This document shows positions 28,301 through 32,348 of a DNA stretch of 32,348 nucleotides, in pieces. Below the pieces are notes generated by a model. The model did no database searches. It saw only the letters and a list, made by a program, of their open reading frames with translations, and had not been told where the DNA came from. Source of the DNA: an uncultured Pseudomonadota bacterium (GTDB lineage Bacteria > Myxococcota_A > UBA9042 > PHBI01 > CALCNF01); assembly GCA_937897815.1 (NCBI GenBank), contig CALCNF010000041.1:1-32348 (forward strand). Direction: 5' to 3'. The first letter of the stretch is position 1, and each line of letters starts with the position of its first letter. The position numbers and the translations under genes were made by a program.

Positions 28301-29344
28301 AAGTACGGCGGCTACAGCGATCCGGACTTCCACTCAGACGCCTCGAAGATCACCTGGACCGTGAACGGCCAGCCGGCGGGCACGGGCCCGAAGATCGAGA
28401 AGGGATTCGTGGGCGGAGATCGACTCCAGTGCATCGTCACCCCCAACGATGGTGAGGTCGACGGTGAGCCCATGCGGGCGGAGACCGTGATCGACAACAC
28501 GCCGCCCGTCGTAGATATGGTCGCCATTCGGCCTGGAAAGGCCCGCTTCGGCGATCTGCTCCAGTGCATCTACACCGGCTTCAGTGACCTCGACGGGGAC
28601 CGAGACGCTTCGAAGGTCCGCTGGGGTGTCAACGGCAAGGTCGTCGGCGAGGGCAAGGTGCTCAACGCCAAGATCCGCGCGGGGGATGTCGTCACCTGCA
28701 TCGTCGAGCCTCATGACGGCAAGCAGGCCGGCAAGGAGGTCCGCTCCGAGCTGACGGTGGAGAACACGCCGCCGAAGGTCGCGAGCGTCGCTCTTTATCC
28801 CGAGCAGGTGAAGGCAGGAGATAAGGTCTCGTGCACCTACGAGGGCTACACCGACGTGGACGGGGACACGGACGCCTCCAGGATTCAATGGAAGGTCAAC
28901 GGCAACCTGGCGGGCTGGAACCGCGTGCTCACGACCGATCTGAAGCGGGGAGACGTCCTGCGATGTGAGGTGGAGCCCTTCGACGGTAAGACCGCGGGCA
29001 AGACCGCGCGCTCTGAGTCCATCCAGGTGTCGAATACGCCTCCGAGTCTCAAGGCCGTGCGGATCGTTCCTCTCAAGCCCCAGCTTCCTAACGACAACCC
29101 GGAGCGAAAGCACCTCAAGTGCGTCACGAAGGGCTTTAAGGACGCGGACGGCGACGCGGACGCGGGCTCGAGGATCACCTGGGAAGTGAACAACGAGCCG
29201 GCCGGCTCAGGCGCCGCGCTCACCCGCGAGCTCAAGGCCGATGACTGGGTGCGCTGCAAGGTGCGGCCCTATGACGGCTACGACTTCGGAAACGAGATCA
29301 ACGCTTACGCCCGAGCGGACGCCGCCTGGAAGATGAGCCGCTGA
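25313..29344 (+). CDS. Choice-of-anchor-L-like domain protein fused through an internal MYXO-CTERM-like motif to a TraB-like beta-barrel and six Ig-like repeats
   Basis: N-terminal signal peptide (...LALVVAPVASA|A); SGVILGTG, YVFASDEYEE, NGLSTGL...VTPG...TLKIGIANIGD...DSWVIL; one TSP3 repeat; GGGAC-TM-RRR; barrel; DLCPTEEEDKDGYRDDDGCPDPD; six NxxP repeats. Confidence 0.9.
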   Translation: MMGSTSRQWASWAMLPLGALALVVAPVASAAPIVVAPASDVDALVESITGPGIEVVSSTLVVGPAATTGTFVGDGSDVDQEAALPFDSGVILGTGLVEGILGPNEGFYNGDGSGLDMDPEAGETCAVGAIPEGKEGVCDFDDGSGEGIFDATWLEIVFLPNQNELNLSYVFASDEYEEGAQARAGDALRILVNGERCALTPSGSAVGSHTIHIGTPELFVDNTTSAYAIEANGLSTGLECEAPVTPGVENTLKIGIANIGDRFRDSWVILERAGLTASIPIVDLMSDEDGDGIPDAYDNCASIANVDQADLDGNDVGDLCETHILGVGGGACSGGDADSSPLGWAIIALLGWLLARRRSSRATARALVLTVLAGTLLWPGAPDALAEEPVPNLDTQLFRPSPFAQDLFSAPRRAEQGADHWNIGLMFQRQSGLLSIRRPTEGGGLLPLEDSTELMPLIEDDTGMNLLMSYAILEGFSLGVDLPFILSRTGAYSEDLPILTGSSLGDMRLLSRIQFGGRSGDGLSMGMNVGGITPTHNGAFRGRSGFGFISDLFLELRRRRWGMTFRAGAIWATEKERFLDVEQEHQAQAEIGAWHNTIPGALELIAELHGTSELNDRFLEGAVTPIELRAGARWRSPWGLIVGAGLGAGLTRGVGAPDYRALVSLSYESWYVLSSAQLDGAGGRDLCPTEEEDKDGYRDDDGCPDPDVERMLDVIVDRAVPAGTFEKFASAKARADARLRRSKSINALSGLGVPQVIVRSERSDEVESADDGETSRMFGAKSRRKRKLRKAPAGNRAPMIGAVQVSPESPVTGQAIQCTYTDFRDPDGDPDDSLVDWTVNGKDAGFGPTLEEGFVKGDKVRCTVTPHDGAVGGPKKYAQVIVRNTNPTIRSAKITPEVPKGGDTLQCVYDDFSDPDGDPDRSSIVWTVNGLRAGGGRVLKTKPESGDRIACTVTPRDGEGSGDPVRAAVAVGNRPPSITSVWLEPKQTSAGKPITCKYGGYSDPDFHSDASKITWTVNGQPAGTGPKIEKGFVGGDRLQCIVTPNDGEVDGEPMRAETVIDNTPPVVDMVAIRPGKARFGDLLQCIYTGFSDLDGDRDASKVRWGVNGKVVGEGKVLNAKIRAGDVVTCIVEPHDGKQAGKEVRSELTVENTPPKVASVALYPEQVKAGDKVSCTYEGYTDVDGDTDASRIQWKVNGNLAGWNRVLTTDLKRGDVLRCEVEPFDGKTAGKTARSESIQVSNTPPSLKAVRIVPLKPQLPNDNPERKHLKCVTKGFKDADGDADAGSRITWEVNNEPAGSGAALTRELKADDWVRCKVRPYDGYDFGNEINAYARADAAWKMSR
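26288..26470 (+). other. Internal MYXO-CTERM-like sorting signal plus second signal-peptide-like segment (CDS4)
   Basis: GVGGGACSGGDADSSP-LGWAIIALLGWLLA-RRR-SSRATARALVLTVLAGTLLWPGAPD-ALA|EE. Confidence 0.8.
27695..29320 (+). repeat. Six tandem ~89-aa Ig-like two-Cys repeats in CDS4
   Basis: Unit starts at 27695, 27962, 28229, 28496, 28763 and 29033 (267-nt period, last 270). Consensus NxxPxIxxVxIxP...GDxLxCxYxxFxDxDGDxDxSxxxWxVNG...GDxVxCxVxPxDG. Confidence 0.85.
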
Positions 29345-29362
29345 GCCGCTCGAGGTGGCGGC
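29345..29362. terminator. Possible short hairpin between convergent genes
   Basis: GCCGCT-cgaggt-GGCGGC stem in a 22-bp gap between convergent stop codons; no U-tract. Confidence 0.25.
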
Positions 29363-29366
29363 CCGC

Positions 29367-30545
29367 TTACGGGGTCGCCGGCGGCGCGTCCTCCGGCACC
29401 GCTCCGGGGGTACCCGGGGGCGCGAAGGCCTTCTTCACGGAGGCCAGGCGCTGGGCCTGATCCGGGCGCCCCTCAGCGAGCTGCACGTAGCGCGTGAGCA
29501 CGACGCTCGCCTCGGGAAGTCGGCCCATGACCTTGAGCGCTCGTCCCAACTCAAAAAGCGGGTCGAGGGCGTTGGGCTGGGCCTCGACGAGCTTGCTGAA
29601 GATCCCCAGCGCCCGATCGCCCTCCTTCATTTGTAGGGCCAGGCGCCCGAGCTCCAGTCGAACCGCGGGTTGATCCTCGAGCACCAGGCTGCGCTCAAGG
29701 ACCTGGCTGGCCACTTTCGGCTGTTGATCCGCCGCCAGCGCCAGCCCGAGTCGCCTCAGGATCTCGGCCGATCCCGGGGCCATTTCGTGGGCCTTGGCCA
29801 GGTGAGGGATCGCCTCCTTGTCTCGCTTGAGCAGGCTCAGGGCGTTCGCCGCGTTGAGCCGGCTCGCCGCGTTGTCTCGGATGGCGATGGCGCCCTGGAA
29901 GCGAGCCAGGCCCGAGTCCACGGCGCCCAGGTCCACCTCGATCGTGCCCAGGTTGTTGAGCGCCATGAGGTTCTTGGGCGCCGCCTTGTGGGCGGCCTCG
30001 TGCGCGGCTCGGGCGTCCTCGAGATCTCCCGCGGCCCGCTTGAGCCTCGCCGCGGCCAGGTGCGCATGGACGGCCTGAGGGTTCGCACCGGCGGCCTGCT
30101 CGTAGAGCGCCATGGCGCGGCCTGCGTCCTGACGGCGCTCCGCCAGAAGCCCCCGTGCGACCAGCCAGTTCGCGTCGGCGCTGCGATCTCGGGCGGCCTT
30201 GCTCATGTCGAGCATGTAGGCCAGGTCGGAGAGCTGCTCGCTGGTGACCGTGTGGGGCTGAGCGGCCACCCGCGCCATTTGCACGTCAAAGACCTCCAGC
30301 TTCAGGTCGACCGAGTCGGGGGCGTGGGCCATGGCCTGCTGATAGGTCGACTCGGCGAGATCGTAGCGCTCTTCGGCCAGGGCCGCCGCCGCGCGCGCTC
30401 GGTGCAGCTCGACCCACGCTTCGCTTTGCTGGCGCGCCTGCAGCGCGCTCCAACTGTCGAGCGTAATGGGCGCGAGCATCAGAAGGCCCAGGCCAACCAG
30501 CACGACGAGGACACCTTGGGGTGGGGACTTGGATTCATCGCTCAT
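29367..30545 (-). CDS. Membrane-anchored tetratricopeptide repeat (TPR) protein
   Basis: N-terminal hydrophobic segment VLVVLVGLGLLMLAPITL; TPR-like helical pairs (ALNNLGTIEVDLGAVDSGLARFQGAI, PLFELGRALKVMGRLPEASVVLTRYVQLA, AESTYQQAMAHAPDS). Confidence 0.85.
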   Translation of the reverse strand: MSDESKSPPQGVLVVLVGLGLLMLAPITLDSWSALQARQQSEAWVELHRARAAAALAEERYDLAESTYQQAMAHAPDSVDLKLEVFDVQMARVAAQPHTVTSEQLSDLAYMLDMSKAARDRSADANWLVARGLLAERRQDAGRAMALYEQAAGANPQAVHAHLAAARLKRAAGDLEDARAAHEAAHKAAPKNLMALNNLGTIEVDLGAVDSGLARFQGAIAIRDNAASRLNAANALSLLKRDKEAIPHLAKAHEMAPGSAEILRRLGLALAADQQPKVASQVLERSLVLEDQPAVRLELGRLALQMKEGDRALGIFSKLVEAQPNALDPLFELGRALKVMGRLPEASVVLTRYVQLAEGRPDQAQRLASVKKAFAPPGTPGAVPEDAPPATP

Positions 30546-30678
30546 AGGGCGGAGCCTGCCCCGCGGGTCGCTCGATCGTCAAGGCGCTCTGGAGGTCCCC
30601 GGTCCCTGGCGCTCTCGCCCACTCGCGCTCGCCCGCGGAGTCGTGTACGATTTGGGTATCCATTCGAGGGGTCAGAAT

Positions 30679-32348
30679 ATGGAGAATGAGGGGACGGACA
30701 CAGCGCCTGCGACGCAGCCGAGTCCACGTCTCATCGCGGGCACCGAGTCCAGGCGCAACGCCGACGGGGAGCTCGTCTACATCGGACCGAGCGGCTCCGG
30801 GTACATGGGCGTGAGCGCGGCCGAGGAGCCGATCTCCGAGCTCATCGACGGCGAGCACAGCCTCGACCAGCTCGTGGCCAATGGCCTCGATCGGACGCCC
30901 CAGGTGCGACCCCTGGACGTCCTGGCGCTCTTGAGGCGTCTGGACCGCTCGGGCCTCTTGACCGGCCTGGGCGCCGATAGGGATCGACTCTTTGGCCCGC
31001 CGGAGAAGCCAAGCGCCCTCGTGAGCGGCTTACGAAAGCTCGCGGATATCCGCCTCCAGCTCGGGTTCCTCGCGGCCCCGTTGGCCGTCGGGGGCGCCCT
31101 TCCACGCGGGCTCTGGACCCTGTTTCATGTCCTGGGCTTCGGTGCCCTGGTCGCCGCCCTGGCCTTAGCCTCCAGCAAGAGCAGCCTGAGCGGTCTCGTC
31201 GATCCCTTCCACGGGAAGTCGGCCTCGGGCAATCCCGTGCTCATGCTCGTGATGCTCTACGCCTTCGCCTCGGCCGTCTTGTCGGTTCGAGGTTTGATGC
31301 GCGGTCTCATGATGCGCTCGGTGGGGATGAACGTTCGTCGCGCCGGCCTTCGGATCGTCATGGCCGTCGCGTGTCTCGACGTGGACGATCTCGACCGCAA
31401 GGCGGCGGCCCGCTCGGAGCGTCTCCACCTGGCGCTCACGGGCATGTCGACCCTGGCGCTCATCTCTGGCGTCACGGGCCTCCTCTCGCTCCAGGGCGGT
31501 CACCCGATCCTGCGCGTCGTCTCCGCCGTGAGCTTCTTGCTCCTGCTCATCGATCTCACACCCTATCTGAACACCGATGGCCGCCATCTCGTGGGCATCC
31601 TGGCGCGGGTCCCGCGCATGAGAGATCGCTCGCTCTCCTACCTGCTCAAGCGCGCCCTGGTACCCAGCATGAGCCGCTCCAGTCAGGCCGAGGGTCGCTA
31701 TGTGCTGGCCGTGAGCGCCTGGCTCCTTCACGCGGTCGTCTCCATGTACGTCCTGGGCGAGGCCGTGATGCCTGGGGCGCTCAAGCTCCTGAGCGGCATC
31801 TTCGCCGTGGCCTTTGGCTCCGAAGGCTCGGACGGGCTGATGGTCCTGGGCGTCTTGATCGCGGTGGTGCTCCTGGCGGTGCTCCTCGCCTTCGGCCTGG
31901 GCTTCATCGTCCTCCTCGGAGCCTTCCTCAAGCAGATCGCCGGCCGCGCACGCGGCGGACTCCAGATTCAATCTCGCGTCGCCTCCGACGCCCAGCGGGC
32001 TTCGTTTGTGGAGGCGGCTCCAGGGATCCCCTTCCTGTCTGTCCTGCCCGCCGATTCGCTCGCCAAGCTCGCCGACTCCCTCAAGCACGAGACCTACACG
32101 CCAGGCGATCCCATCATCCGTGAGGGAGACCCCGGCGACCGGTTCTGTTTCATCGAGTCGGGTCGCTGCGTGGTGGAGATCACCGAGGAGAGCGGCATGG
32201 TCCACGAGGCCGCCCACCTGGGCACCGGTGACTTCTTCGGAGAGGTCGCCCTGGTTCAGCCGGTCTCACGCACCGCCACCGTACGGGCGAACGACGCCGT
32301 GGAGGTCCTCTCCCTGGCCCGGGAGCCCTTCTTGGCCCTGCTCCAGGA
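30679..32348 (+). CDS. Multi-pass membrane protein with PqqD/RRE-like N-domain, degenerate M50 peptidase-like domain and cyclic nucleotide-binding domain (3' partial)
   Basis: Translated by hand: ATG 30679 preceded by GAGGGG; MENEGTDTAP...ELIDGEHSLDQLV...LLRRLDRSGLL; several TM helices; DLTPYLNTDG; YTPGDPIIREGDPGDRFCFIESG...LGTGDFFGEVALVQPVSRTATVRA. The frame is open to the window end, so it is absent from the ORF track. Confidence 0.88.
   Translation, partial: MENEGTDTAPATQPSPRLIAGTESRRNADGELVYIGPSGSGYMGVSAAEEPISELIDGEHSLDQLVANGLDRTPQVRPLDVLALLRRLDRSGLLTGLGADRDRLFGPPEKPSALVSGLRKLADIRLQLGFLAAPLAVGGALPRGLWTLFHVLGFGALVAALALASSKSSLSGLVDPFHGKSASGNPVLMLVMLYAFASAVLSVRGLMRGLMMRSVGMNVRRAGLRIVMAVACLDVDDLDRKAAARSERLHLALTGMSTLALISGVTGLLSLQGGHPILRVVSAVSFLLLLIDLTPYLNTDGRHLVGILARVPRMRDRSLSYLLKRALVPSMSRSSQAEGRYVLAVSAWLLHAVVSMYVLGEAVMPGALKLLSGIFAVAFGSEGSDGLMVLGVLIAVVLLAVLLAFGLGFIVLLGAFLKQIAGRARGGLQIQSRVASDAQRASFVEAAPGIPFLSVLPADSLAKLADSLKHETYTPGDPIIREGDPGDRFCFIESGRCVVEITEESGMVHEAAHLGTGDFFGEVALVQPVSRTATVRANDAVEVLSLAREPFLALLQ

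Noticed and set aside
29670-30689. 339-aa plus-strand ORF opposite the TPR gene
   Set aside because: Antisense shadow; the minus strand has coherent TPR motifs.
31165-32217. ORF-track calls 31165..32217 (-) and 31371..32123 (+)
   Set aside because: They overlap the frame-1 gene from 30679, which has an RBS, TM helices and a clear cNMP domain.

Overview
GC-rich bacterial DNA, most likely Myxococcota (inferred from MYXO-CTERM-like motifs, myxobacterial disulfide repeats and TraB-like barrels). About 29 kb is one tightly coupled + strand operon of four cell-envelope genes. (1) A 5'-truncated giant protein (>4879 aa) with Cys-rich and thrombospondin type 3 (TSP3) Ca-binding repeats, ending in a beta-barrel plus OmpA-like domain. 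(2) A 3341-aa TSP3-repeat lipoprotein with a probable pseudo-peptidase N-domain and a C-terminal somatomedin-B-like domain. (3) A small lipoprotein made of two 10-Cys repeats. (4) A 1343-aa protein with a choice-of-anchor-L-like domain, a beta-barrel and six Ig-like repeats. A convergent TPR membrane protein follows, then a divergent, 3'-truncated PqqD-like / degenerate M50-like / cNMP-binding membrane protein that the ORF track missed. The most striking signal is in genes 1 and 4: each carries an INTERNAL MYXO-CTERM-like sorting signal followed directly by a second signal-peptide-like segment and a TraB-like barrel. This suggests polyproteins cut into a surface protein and its own outer-membrane barrel partner. 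All domain calls were made by eye from motifs; no searches were run.
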